From: an uncultured candidate division Zixibacteria bacterium
GTDB lineage: Bacteria > Zixibacteria > MSB-5A5 > GN15 > FEB-12
Length of the DNA stretch: 64,000 bases
Reading direction: 5' to 3'
Assembly (NCBI GenBank): GCA_963735035.1
Contig: CAVTJJ010000004.1
Location: 1-64,000 of the forward strand
In this document: in pieces, positions 8,505 to 18,485 of the stretch
Layout of the letters: every line of letters starts with the position of its first letter
Numbering within the stretch: position 1 is the stretch's first letter
Notes under the pieces: model-generated
Databases searched by the model: none
The model's input: the letters and a program-made list of their open reading frames with translations, nothing else
What the model was told of the DNA's origin: nothing
Translations under genes and position numbers: made by a program

Positions 8505-9278
8505 ATGCTACCGTACGACCATTTCGGGAAAGTCTACGATACCATCGGCCACGACATGTTCTCTATCCGCATGGCGGAATACACGCTGGAGATACTTCGG
8601 CGATTCAAAGTCGAACCGCGCGACGGCCTCGATCTCTGTTGCGGCACAGGTTCGGCCATGCGAGTGCTCGCCGACTGCGGCCTGACCATGTCCGGTTTGG
8701 ACCGCTCGCCGCAGATGCTGGCTATTGCGAAACAGAAACTATCCGACCGTCACGTCAAGCTCTACCGGCAGGAACTTCCGCACTTCGAAATCCGATCAGC
8801 GACAACGGCGAAGCGCCCGAAACTTCAGCAATTCGATCTCGTGACCAGCTTTTTCGATTCACTGAATTACTTGCACGATGAACGCCAGTTGCGCGCCACG
8901 TTCAAGTCGGTGAAACGGCACCTACGACCGGGCGGTTGGTTCGTGTTCGACATGAATACGCAGTATCATCTGACAACCGTCTTCACCGATCAGAAACCGT
9001 ACTCCGGCGTCACAAACGAGGTCGCATGGATCTTCCGCAACGGCCCCCGCAAGGTGCCCGACGTGGCTGATCTAATCCTGACAGTCTTTGTCAAGCGCGG
9101 GAAACACTGGGAGCGGTTCGACGAGGTTCATCGGGAGCGAGCGTATCCGAATCGGACGATAGCGACGGCATTGCGTGACGCCGGCTTTCAGGTGAAGGGG
9201 TTGTATCGTTGTTTGAGTTTCGAGCGCCCGACATCAAAATCGATGCGGATTTGTTTTGTCGCCAAGCGGGTGGCGTAA
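8505..9278 (+). CDS. Class I SAM-dependent methyltransferase
   Basis: LDLCCGTG, GLDRSPQML, DSLNYL, LRPGGWFVFD motifs. Confidence 0.92.
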   Translation: MLPYDHFGKVYDTIGHDMFSIRMAEYTLEILRRFKVEPRDGLDLCCGTGSAMRVLADCGLTMSGLDRSPQMLAIAKQKLSDRHVKLYRQELPHFEIRSATTAKRPKLQQFDLVTSFFDSLNYLHDERQLRATFKSVKRHLRPGGWFVFDMNTQYHLTTVFTDQKPYSGVTNEVAWIFRNGPRKVPDVADLILTVFVKRGKHWERFDEVHRERAYPNRTIATALRDAGFQVKGLYRCLSFERPTSKSMRICFVAKRVA

Positions 9279-9380
9279 GAGCAGGTCAGGCGAACTCGAC
9301 GCCTGATATCATCCTAATCGGTTCTCTCTGTGATCGGCAGGGTTCCACCCCTGCCGGATGACAAAAGCGCACTAACAAAT

Positions 9381-10187
9381 TTACTTCTTCTCAAACTCCT
9401 TGTTGATCGAGGCTTCACTCGCCTCCGGCAATCCGAGGAATTGTTCCCAGGTCGTCTTGAAGAAATGCCCGTTCCGGACGTACACTAGCATCCGCTTGAA
9501 CTTAAGCAAGTCCATCTCCGAATCAAGCAGACCGATCAGGCGACCATCGGTGGCAAAGAAGTAATACGCGGGAATACCTTCGATTCCGAGCAATCGACGA
9601 AATGCCGCCTCGTCCAGGAGCGTGTCGCGTATCTTTACCGGCGTGTCCATGTAGATGTCGACCCGCACCGGAGTGAGGGTCTCGCTTACGTAGCGAACGA
9701 TCTCCGGACGGTTAAACACTGCCGTATCCATGTACAAGCAGTGATCACACCCATTCTGACTGATGTAGAGAAAGAGCGGCTTCATGGCCGCCGGGAAAGT
9801 CATCCGCACCGAATCAAACGGCAGCCGATTAATCCTGGGGGCGACTTTGCTTGCATAAACAGCCTTGGGGGCTGCGACCTTGACGGAGTCTTTCTTGACC
9901 GTATCGACCGCTTTAGGTGTCTCCGCTTGTACCGTCACCGCTATCAGAAGTGAAAGAACCAGAAACATACTCGCAAACCGAGGCCAGCGTTGCGTTTCCC
10001 GTGCCCAGCAGATGCCCACATCTGCCGACTTCTCCTGCGCAACCCGTGCCGTGCGTCGCGCTACCCGTGCCCGGCCTTCAACAAGCGCCGACTTCTCCGA
10101 CCCAAACCGTGCCGTGCGTCGCGTAACCCGTGCCCGGCAGATGCCCACATCTGCCGCCTTCTCCGACATTATCTTACGCAAGGTCAT
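9381..10187 (-). CDS. Exported thioredoxin-fold protein (SoxW-like) with repeat-derived N-terminal extension
   Basis: CDHC active site, GIPAYYF cis-Pro loop, signal h-region FLVLSLLIAVTVQA; start uncertain (10187 or ~9968). Confidence 0.8.
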   Translation of the reverse strand: MTLRKIMSEKAADVGICRARVTRRTARFGSEKSALVEGRARVARRTARVAQEKSADVGICWARETQRWPRFASMFLVLSLLIAVTVQAETPKAVDTVKKDSVKVAAPKAVYASKVAPRINRLPFDSVRMTFPAAMKPLFLYISQNGCDHCLYMDTAVFNRPEIVRYVSETLTPVRVDIYMDTPVKIRDTLLDEAAFRRLLGIEGIPAYYFFATDGRLIGLLDSEMDLLKFKRMLVYVRNGHFFKTTWEQFLGLPEASEASINKEFEKK

Positions 10188-10229
10188 TCTCTTCTCCGCT
10201 TCGTTCGCGACCGCGAACCGTTATTTCGC

Positions 10230-10430
10230 TCAACTGAACCCGGAACCGCAACTCGGCTGACCGCACGGCGTGGCCGAGGCTCGTCCGCCGGTCGACGCCG
10301 CAAAGACCGAAAGCAACTTGCGGGTCTCGGTCGACGAACACCGGGGACAGGCGACCGCGGCCTGACTCGACGACACCAGGTCCTCAAACTTATACGAACA
10401 ATTGCGGCATTCGAATTCAAAAACCGGCAC
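10230..10430 (-). CDS. FmdB-family zinc-ribbon protein
   Basis: (M)PVFEFECRNC..FE..CPRC..RKLLS; AGAGGT RBS before GTG. Confidence 0.9.
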   Translation of the reverse strand: MPVFEFECRNCSYKFEDLVSSSQAAVACPRCSSTETRKLLSVFAASTGGRASATPCGQPSCGSGFS

Positions 10431-10687
10431 TTCTACCTCTTGTCTTCGGGCCACGACCAGATCGCCCCGAGCACTGCCCCGGCCGAACCGGCCAGGTACG
10501 GATTGCACATGATCTGTCAGGTCGATCCGAACTGAATATACATAAATGACAGCCCAACTCCAAGCGCTCCGCCGAGGAGCCCCCAGAGGGCGGTTCTTCT
10601 GATTCTGTTCCAACGCATTGGCATAACTGATAATGATACCCGATCACGTGCGGTCGGGCGTCTCTGCCCGACCGCACGTTCAAATCG

Positions 10688-10755
10688 TAGGTCAGGCGGA
10701 CTTGACGCCTGACGCGACCAGAGACGATATCAGGCCCCGAGTAGGCCTGACCTAC
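10688..10755. repeat. GTAG-REP doublet (REPIN)
   Basis: GTAGGTCAGGCGGACTTGACGCCTGAC ... TCAGGCCCCGAGTAGGCCTGACCTAC, near-identical to 232-299; half copies at ~9283 and ~52697. Confidence 0.88.
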
Positions 10756-10795
10756 AACTGACCGCACGTTTAGTCTCGCCGCCCACGTTCTAAGT

Positions 10796-11179
10796 CTAAA
10801 CCGATTCCTGCATGATTTGTTTCAGGATCCCTTCGACTTGGGCCGCCACTTCTTCCATTCCGACCCCCGGCATTATTTCAGCAATCATGGCCGGACGACC
10901 CAGTTTGACAATAGTCTTGCCCCCTTCGGTGTAGACCGCAAACCGACAGGGCAGAAACACGGCGACATCGGCGCTCTTCTGAAGCACCTGGTGAGCGAAC
11001 TTGGAGTTGCAGATTTCGACAATTTTCAGCGGCCCGCGCTGAAACCCCTTTTCGGCCAGTGTCGCCTGGACGTCGTGTACGGCCAGCACCCGGAACTGAT
11101 GTGCCGCGGTCTTTTCTTCGATCGCCGCTACTACTTTGTCGAACGGCTTCTTAGTTTCAAGTGTGTAAGCGAATTCCAT
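10796..11179 (-). CDS. DUF302 domain protein
   Basis: HDVQATL, IVEICN, LPCRFAVY motifs. Confidence 0.88.
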   Translation of the reverse strand: MEFAYTLETKKPFDKVVAAIEEKTAAHQFRVLAVHDVQATLAEKGFQRGPLKIVEICNSKFAHQVLQKSADVAVFLPCRFAVYTEGGKTIVKLGRPAMIAEIMPGVGMEEVAAQVEGILKQIMQESV

Positions 11180-11221
11180 ATCGGCATTCCTTTCCTCTGA
11201 GGCGTACGATCTCCCAATCCC

Positions 11222-11638
11222 TTACGTCCTGATTTCGTAACTGGTCACCACTTTAGTCTCGTGCGCAATTGTCTGGCTGACCACGCAATACTTCGATTCC
11301 GAAAGTTCAATCGCCTTCGCCAGTTTCTTCTCGTCGAGATTCGGTCCGGACGCTATATACTTAACCTCAACCGTATGAAATGGTTTCGGGTAGTCCTCGT
11401 TCTGGTGCGCAGTCAGGCGGATTTCGAGCGACGTCAATTGCTGCCTCTGCTTCTCCAGAATCCGGACAATATCAATCCCGGTGCACCCTGCGATACCGTA
11501 GAGCAATAGTTCGGTTGGTTTGAAACCATCTTCTTTACCGCCGGCTTCTTTGGCGGCATCGGTGGCGATCTTATGACCGAAGATCGATGTCCCTTCGAAC
11601 TTCAATCCCCCGGCCCAGTTCATTTTTGCGGTGAGCAT
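11222..11638 (-). CDS. OsmC/YhfA family protein
   Basis: PTELLL..AGCTG, ELSESKYCVV motifs. Confidence 0.92.
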   Translation of the reverse strand: MLTAKMNWAGGLKFEGTSIFGHKIATDAAKEAGGKEDGFKPTELLLYGIAGCTGIDIVRILEKQRQQLTSLEIRLTAHQNEDYPKPFHTVEVKYIASGPNLDEKKLAKAIELSESKYCVVSQTIAHETKVVTSYEIRT

Positions 11639-11661
11639 AAGACTCTATCTCCTGTAATCAT

Positions 11662-12996
11662 TCAGCCTAACAACTCCACAACTTTTTCGGTAGCCCGGAA
11701 GGGCCGCTCACGGCCCCGCTTTTCCGACACAATGAGGCCCAGGGATGCTAGTTGTTCGAGATCTTTTGACGCCGTGGGTCTCGATACACTGTAAACTTCT
11801 GCATGAGTTCGTATAGTCGTAGTTGCGTCCGGGGACTTGTGCAGGTAGCGAAGCAACTGTATTTGCCGGTCATTCAATGCGTACTTGCCGCGGGACACTG
11901 CTGCCATCTTTCGACTTTCCGCCTGCTTTCTGGCTAGATATGCTGCGAAATCGAGTTGGGCTTGTGAGATCTTTCTGATATTGTAGTCGATGAAATACGT
12001 AAGGTCATTATCGTCTTGCTCGGAATAGATATACGCGTACCCGTACTGGGAAGGTGAATTCTTGATGACTCTCGAGAGTGGAAGGTACGTAAAAGCCCAG
12101 TACTGTTTTCTCAACAGATACCAATAGAATATGGACCTTGCCAAACGGCCGTTACCATCGATAAACGGGTGCAAGTATCCGATCCAGAAGTGAAGGATAA
12201 TCGCCTTAACAACAGGGTGAACAAAGCGCTCCTTCTCAAGGTCGTCGTTCGCGTAGGAAATGAACCTGACAATCTCCTTCTTCAGAAATTTCTCATGTGG
12301 CGGGATATGATAGGTAACATTAAGAGCCGGGTCACTAACTACAACTTCGTCTGCGTCCGTCCTGAGCCGTCCGATATCCCTCTCGTTAATGGTCTTCTCC
12401 GTAAGCGTGGCATGTAGTTCAAGAAGAACATCCATGCTCAGGTCCTGATTCTTCAGAGTATCTTCAATCAGGAGCATCGCCCGATAGTTGTTCAAGATCA
12501 TCTGCTCTGATTCATTTCGTGCCTGTCTCTTCTCCAACAGCATTCGCTTTGCAGCTTTGCGGGTCGTGTGGGCGCCCTCCAATTGCGACGACGCAATGGC
12601 CTCTTCCATAAGACCACGTGAGATGAATCTTTGCTTTACCGCCCGATCGTCTACAACCGTTGACTCCAGCACCCCTCCGAGATTCATGTCAACCATATGA
12701 AGGAAGTTATCCATACCGGGGAGCGATTGCCAGGTGAATTGCTGACCCTGCTCGTCTTTGACGGGCGTCTTGGTTCGGCCGGATGAAAACTGTCTCAGAA
12801 ATTTCACTACCGCCCAGAATTGTTCTGGCGTCATGTTTGGTGGATGCTTGTAGCGAACCTTGTCCCAATAGAGATATTCCGGATGGTTGGCCTTCGAGAC
12901 ATAATCTTGAAGGTCCTGCCCCTTCCTCAGGAACAATTCTAGCGCCTCGTCCATCTTCAAGGGCGTGTCGGGCTTCTTCAGTTTGAATACTTCCAC
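11662..12996 (-). CDS. Fic family protein with C-terminal HTH
   Basis: HPFIDGNGRLAR catalytic motif; SSQLEG inhibitory motif N-terminal to it (class II); VSRPTASKDLEQL HTH. Confidence 0.93.
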   Translation of the reverse strand: MEVFKLKKPDTPLKMDEALELFLRKGQDLQDYVSKANHPEYLYWDKVRYKHPPNMTPEQFWAVVKFLRQFSSGRTKTPVKDEQGQQFTWQSLPGMDNFLHMVDMNLGGVLESTVVDDRAVKQRFISRGLMEEAIASSQLEGAHTTRKAAKRMLLEKRQARNESEQMILNNYRAMLLIEDTLKNQDLSMDVLLELHATLTEKTINERDIGRLRTDADEVVVSDPALNVTYHIPPHEKFLKKEIVRFISYANDDLEKERFVHPVVKAIILHFWIGYLHPFIDGNGRLARSIFYWYLLRKQYWAFTYLPLSRVIKNSPSQYGYAYIYSEQDDNDLTYFIDYNIRKISQAQLDFAAYLARKQAESRKMAAVSRGKYALNDRQIQLLRYLHKSPDATTTIRTHAEVYSVSRPTASKDLEQLASLGLIVSEKRGRERPFRATEKVVELLG

Positions 12997-13076
12997 TATT
13001 GCTCTCGTTCCCGTGCAGGGTTCGTTCAGTCTAGCGCATCACGGCTACAAAGTGCCAATATCTCAAACGATGTTGC

Positions 13077-13206
13077 ATATGTAAAGTATCGGGCGTAAGT
13101 TTATATATCCATAGGCTAATATGTAAAGTACTTCCATTGAGTTTCTATATACTTTACATTTTCCTATATGTAAAGCATTTATGTAAACTTTACATATTGT
13201 TTACAC
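13077..13206. promoter_or_regulatory. AT-rich array of (ATA)TGTAAA(G) direct and inverted repeats upstream of fic
   Basis: Copies at 13077, 13119, 13150 (reverse), 13166 and palindrome TATGTAAACTTTACATA at 13180-13196. Confidence 0.6.
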
Positions 13207-13429
13207 TTCGACTACGCACCTATCTCCTTAACAAATAATGACTTAACAGGAAAGTGAATGTGTGTGCCCCTAACTGACCGTTTCACAACATGTTGTGAAA
13301 CGGTTGAAGAGTGAACTCTACCTGAATCACAACACCACCCCCCAACTCCGCCGCTGCACCTGCTTTTAGTGTCACTTCGTTGTAGAAACTTGGGCGTTGC
13401 TAAGAACAACCGACCCCAAGCGACAAGTG

Positions 13430-14149
13430 TCACGTCGCCTGAACCTCGACTGCCCGCCTCGATCGCGACCAAATGTGTATCAACCCGGCGATAATGAAAT
13501 ATCCCACGATCGCCACCACCCCGCCTAGCAATCCAGCGTTCGCCATGGCATGCACCGCTACCGGCATGAGAAGTGAGCGAGTGTAATAGTAAACATATCC
13601 AAAGAAAATCCCCCCTGTAAATATGCCGAACAGTTCAGGGCCGTTCTTTATAGGTATGTGGCAGATTGTCCAGGCAACCGCGGTGATACCGACAATTCGC
13701 GCCACGTCCCACCGGTTCTTAGGCTGCAAAACGCTCAAGAGAGTGCTGATAAGAATTCCCCTAAAGAAGAGTTCCTCTACGCCAGCGGCAGGTGCCTTCA
13801 ACAAAGCGAAAGAATCAATTAATCCCCCGCCGCTAATGGCCAATGGAACAACACCTGTCACAAGCACAAGCGCCGCGCTGATCCATAACCGTCGATCAAT
13901 TACAAATCCCCAGGTCTGAAACGTCGACGGACCCCGAACGAGTCCGAAACTGACCGCGAATGCGACAGCCAATAACCACACCCCCATCGAAGTCATCCAG
14001 GCCATGGCCACGAATTCCGACGGGAACGGTTCCAGGTAACCACGCAGGATATTATTGCCAAGCCCCGCGACTGTAAATACAGCCGTCATGATCAGCAGAA
14101 ACCTATTCCACTTCGTTTGATCTTCGAGAACAGAAATAGTCATTAGCAT
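13430..14149 (-). CDS. CPBP/Abi (CAAX prenyl protease II-like) intramembrane metalloprotease
   Basis: EELFFRG, W..CH, HAMAN motifs; multiple TM helices. Confidence 0.88.
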   Translation of the reverse strand: MLMTISVLEDQTKWNRFLLIMTAVFTVAGLGNNILRGYLEPFPSEFVAMAWMTSMGVWLLAVAFAVSFGLVRGPSTFQTWGFVIDRRLWISAALVLVTGVVPLAISGGGLIDSFALLKAPAAGVEELFFRGILISTLLSVLQPKNRWDVARIVGITAVAWTICHIPIKNGPELFGIFTGGIFFGYVYYYTRSLLMPVAVHAMANAGLLGGVVAIVGYFIIAGLIHIWSRSRRAVEVQAT

Positions 14150-14412
14150 ACCCCTCTTAGTGACAGGATCGTCGTTTCCGTGTGACACATATGATCAGTT
14201 GAGGCATACGCCCCCTCCTGAAGGCTCGCTTATGTATGACTGTGTGGAAAAGTGCTCAAGATGGACGGAAATGTCAAGAGAAAATGGCGGGGGCAAGTGG
14301 CCCACCCGCATGCGGAGTGTTGAAAGAGTCCCTTCCCCGTCATCGCAAGTCACAAGTGCGCTGACGACGACAAACACCACCCACCTTTCGTGGACGTCAC
14401 GGGGCGCTAGCC

Positions 14413-14560
14413 CCGTCATTCTGGCGGAAGCCAGAACCCAGTTGAGTAGGAAGAAGAGTTGACGTTTATGCTCTAGCCCGACTCGCGAAATGAATCTTCG
14501 ACCAAGGCTGCGGTGATTCTGCGATCACAACTGGGCCCCGGTCTACACCGGGGTGACGGC
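14413..14560. repeat. CGTC-type REP doublet
   Basis: CGTCATTCTGGCGGAAGCCAGAACCCAGTT ... AACTGGGCCCCGGTCTACACCGGGGTGACG. Confidence 0.85.
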
Positions 14561-14674
14561 CTAGCGGCCGTCTTTCTATGCAATCACAACATGGTCGCGC
14601 TGCATTCGGATGGGATCAATGAAATGTCGAAACCTCGCCCCGGCGAGCAGGCACAGGGGTTTCGACCTACCAGA

Positions 14675-15172
14675 CTACCACGACCCTATCTCCAGGGACT
14701 TGATAAGTGAGTCGCAGTAATTCACAGCGAGGGTGTCTTCCGCCGTCAAAGGCTCGTCCGGCACGGCCGTGTTTTCGCTGGTAGCATCCCCAACCTGTAC
14801 AATCGTCACAAAATCAATCGTCTCATTCTCTTCGACCCAATACAAAAAAGTCCGCCATGTTTCTACCTGGATGACGACTTCGGAGTAGACATTGTTCGCC
14901 AGAAAGCAGGCCGTGTTTTCCGATGCACATGCGTAGTAGACGGTGTCCAATCCTTTAGTGAAGGTGGCCTCGACCATATCGGAAAGAAAGAATCCCACAA
15001 ATATGCCGGTGTCATAGTTGATCGCCAGAAGGCTGTCCGGAAGTTCCGGCTCGGCGAGATAGACGCTGCTCGTGTCGGAAGAATCGGTCGTTTCCTGTGC
15101 GTAAACGAGACCAGCCACCACAACGCCACACAGTAACAATATCAGCAATCTCATGCGTAAGTTCCTCGTCAT
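14675..15172 (-). CDS. Hypothetical secreted acidic protein
   Basis: Signal peptide ending VYA-Q; co-oriented directly downstream of wzi. Confidence 0.65.
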   Translation of the reverse strand: MTRNLRMRLLILLLCGVVVAGLVYAQETTDSSDTSSVYLAEPELPDSLLAINYDTGIFVGFFLSDMVEATFTKGLDTVYYACASENTACFLANNVYSEVVIQVETWRTFLYWVEENETIDFVTIVQVGDATSENTAVPDEPLTAEDTLAVNYCDSLIKSLEIGSW

Positions 15173-15197
15173 AGACTATTCAAATTGCTGGGAAGCT

Positions 15198-16665
15198 CTA
15201 GTCCAACCCAACCCGAGTCAGACCGAACAGCGAGACATACAACTTCACAAACGGCAATGCCATATTGTCGCCCGAAACATGCTTACGATTCTTCATCCAA
15301 TCCACGCCCGCTTCCAGGTCGACATAAGCATGACCGACCACGAACCCTTTCAGTCCCATCGCGGCCGTGGCCGTCTTCTGCACGACTCCGGTCGGAGACG
15401 GCTCCGAGTAATCACCTTCAACCTGTGTCCACGGTTGGGTAAATGGGGCGTCGATTCGTCCCTCGCCCTGGCGATAATAGCTCAACCGAAGCGAACCTTG
15501 CAGGTCAGGCCTGAGCCAACGAATCAACCGGAGCGATGCCAGATCGTAATCATTGCCGAGCGCACTACCGATCGGACGACCATCGTTGAGATACCGGTTG
15601 CGGGCATGCATCTGGTTGAATGTCCAGTTCGTGATCCGCTCATATTCGAACTTGATATCGGTCTGAGAGAAGATATCGGACAAGTATCCCCCGACCAGCA
15701 AACCAAACTGGGACGGTTCCTGATCGCCCTGCGTCTTGTTGTCTAGCTGGATATCATCCACAAGCACCTGCCCCCATAACAGGAAGCCGTTACGCGGCTG
15801 GACATCAAAGTCGAAACCGACAATCGAGTTATCGTTCACGTCTTCATTCAACTGGGCGCCGTGATAGAAAAGAATCGGATTCAGATAGATACAAATCGAT
15901 CTGCCGCCCCGGTCCGCCGAATACCATCGTCTCGAACAAACCGACCCGCACTCGTGAGGAAAAATGCCAGTCGATACGATGCGCGGCAATGTACCGAGGT
16001 TCATACTGTGTGACGCTGTCGCCATCAGGGTTCAAACCATCCAACGCACCCAGTCGATACGATAAAGCCAGACGCCCCCAGCGCACGGTGTACGCGAGGC
16101 CGTCGAGCTTTTGATCCGAGGAAAACAACAACGACCGTCGCGGACCCCAGAATCCGCCGAATCGCCCTACGATCAGATTGAACCGATCGACTGAATACGC
16201 GAAGAACGCCTGGTTGACATCCCCCGCGAAACCGCGCCATTTCTTGCCGGTGTACGACGGATCCCTGGCCAGTTTCTTATCGAGCACAAAGTCAGCGTAC
16301 ACCTGCAGACGCTTGAATGGCTCGCCGGTCAAACCGGCGCGGAGCGATTCGTAGGCTGACACCCGCTCATCTTTGGTGGAGCTAAGATCTTCCGCCGCAA
16401 ATGCGAACAGAGTGATCTGATTGAATCCGGTTTGGTTCAGATACTGAAGCGGATGGAGATCTTCGCCAAAGCGTTCGAAAGCGTAAGGACCGATTTGGAT
16501 ATCAAACGTGTCTACAAGTCGCGTCTCTCGACGGATTTGCTGCTCATAGAGAAAGTCATATTCGGGCTGGCCGACCGGCATGACTCCGGCCGTAACCATA
16601 GATACGAATAGCGTCAATCCGACGATTATGCTTATGGCTTTGAAAATGTGAATCGGCCGTTCCAT
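15198..16665 (-). CDS. wzi: Capsule assembly Wzi family outer-membrane protein (frameshifted near 15890)
   Basis: RYIAAHRID, VGLFETMVFGG then YLNPILFYH, GQVLVDDI, IGSALGND in a second frame. Confidence 0.8.
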
Positions 16666-16760
16666 GGCTCAGTTTGCAGACCTGTCTTTTTCAGATGATG
16701 ACGGGTCGGCCGGATGGGGGGTAGCCGCCCTTGTTCATCAATCGACGCGAACTCGTCCTG

Positions 16761-18449
16761 CTACTGGCCCGATCCTCTAATCACGGTCGGAATCGTCTTG
16801 GCCAGAATCTTGGCATCGAGCCAGAGCGACCAGTTGTCTATGTAATGCAGATCGAGCAGCATCCATTCTTCGAAATCAATGCTGTTGCGGCCGTTCACTT
16901 GCCAGAGACAGGTCAGGCCGGGTCTGACCGAAAGCTTGCGATGCTGCCACGGTTCGAACCGCGAAACTTCCGCCGGCAGCGGCGGGCGCGGACCTACGAG
17001 TGACATTTCGCCTGTCAGCACATTGAAAAACTGCGGGAGTTCATCGACGGAAAACTTGCGAAGATACTTGCCCACCCGCGTCACGCGCGGATCTTCCTTG
17101 ATCTTGAAGACCGGGCCGGACATCTCGTTCTTCTCCATGAGACTGCGCTTCTTCGTTTCCGCGTCGGAACACATCGTGCGGAATTTCAGCATCGTAAACG
17201 GTTTCCCGTTGAGACCGAGGCGTGTCTGCTTGAAGAACACCGGTCCGCGACTATCCAGCTTGATCGCCAGGGCGGTAAACAGCAATATCGGGGCGCTGAA
17301 CAAGACACCCACCAGACCCCCGATTCGATCGATAATCGATTTGATCAACAGCGGCAGGTGGCTTTCCGGCTCCGAGCGATAGACCATCGCCGGGTGGCCG
17401 TTGATGTAAGTCGGGCGGACGCGCGCTACGCGAGGCGTGTACAGACTGGGCATCACGAAGACGCGAATACCCATCTTCTCCGCCGTCTCCATCAGCCTCC
17501 ATGAATGCAGAACATCGTTCGGTTCGAGCGCCCAGAAGATGGCGTCGATCTGCGTCGTGGCCGCAATCCGGTCAAGCGAGTCGGGGTGACCTATCAACGG
17601 CACATCGCGAAAGCGCCAATACCCCTGACGGGAATAATCAAGAAAACCTACCAGCTTGGTGTCGAGTTCCGGGGAACTCATCACCATGTTGGCAACTTTC
17701 TTAGCGTTATCGCCTGTACCTACTATTATCGCTCTTTGGGTCATTGAATCTGTCGATCCCACCGTTTTGTCGTGATCGGCCAGAAGCTTGATAACCAAAC
17801 GGGAGAAGCTCATCAAGCACAATTGTAGCGCCAAATTGCCGGCCGCAAACAAACCGGCGGTGGAACTGCTTATCTTCCAGCCGATAACGAAGCAGACTCC
17901 GAAGAAGACTAAGCCGATTTTGCCTTCGTCGACAACCGTCCGCCAGGCCCGCTTTCGAATCTTATACTGCGCCAGGACCGGTTTCGGCCCCCGGGTATGA
18001 AAATACCAGATGCGAATAGCCAGTAGCGCCGCTACCGGCTGCCAGAACCAGCTCTGGAAAACGCCACCTAGTTGCAGGCTGGTCCACAGAAACAAGAGAG
18101 CGCCGATCGAGGCCCCGGTCTGGCCGGAGGCAAGGAGAAGCGCCCGCCGAAAAACCATATATTGGGGCGTATGCACGCTCTTTTGCTCTGGAATCCCCTG
18201 CTGTGACTCAGTGAATCTGCTCACGACGCCCCCCCTGCTAATGTCGACAACGCTGCTGAATGGTGCGGCTTTCTCCCCAGCCCGACCCGCCTCGGACAGT
18301 CGGTCTGATCGCTTTACATCCCTATCAGAAATTGATCTGATAACAGCATTATCGTCCGGCTCCCCGGGCCGCTTGACAGTCGGATCAGATATTTCCGACA
18401 GGGCGGTCGAGGTAGTTGCGGGGACGGTCATATAATAGACAGATTCCAT
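16761..18449 (-). CDS. Polyprenyl-phosphate glycosyl-1-phosphate transferase (WcaJ/CpsE-like sugar transferase)
   Basis: IIVGTG Rossmann-like domain; KFRTM, DPRVT, DELPQFFNVL.GEMSLVGPRP, RPGLTCLWQVNGR motifs. Confidence 0.95.
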   Translation of the reverse strand: MESVYYMTVPATTSTALSEISDPTVKRPGEPDDNAVIRSISDRDVKRSDRLSEAGRAGEKAAPFSSVVDISRGGVVSRFTESQQGIPEQKSVHTPQYMVFRRALLLASGQTGASIGALLFLWTSLQLGGVFQSWFWQPVAALLAIRIWYFHTRGPKPVLAQYKIRKRAWRTVVDEGKIGLVFFGVCFVIGWKISSSTAGLFAAGNLALQLCLMSFSRLVIKLLADHDKTVGSTDSMTQRAIIVGTGDNAKKVANMVMSSPELDTKLVGFLDYSRQGYWRFRDVPLIGHPDSLDRIAATTQIDAIFWALEPNDVLHSWRLMETAEKMGIRVFVMPSLYTPRVARVRPTYINGHPAMVYRSEPESHLPLLIKSIIDRIGGLVGVLFSAPILLFTALAIKLDSRGPVFFKQTRLGLNGKPFTMLKFRTMCSDAETKKRSLMEKNEMSGPVFKIKEDPRVTRVGKYLRKFSVDELPQFFNVLTGEMSLVGPRPPLPAEVSRFEPWQHRKLSVRPGLTCLWQVNGRNSIDFEEWMLLDLHYIDNWSLWLDAKILAKTIPTVIRGSGQ

Positions 18450-18485
18450 TTACTCGGATACAGATTCAGCCAGACGGCGCTTGGT

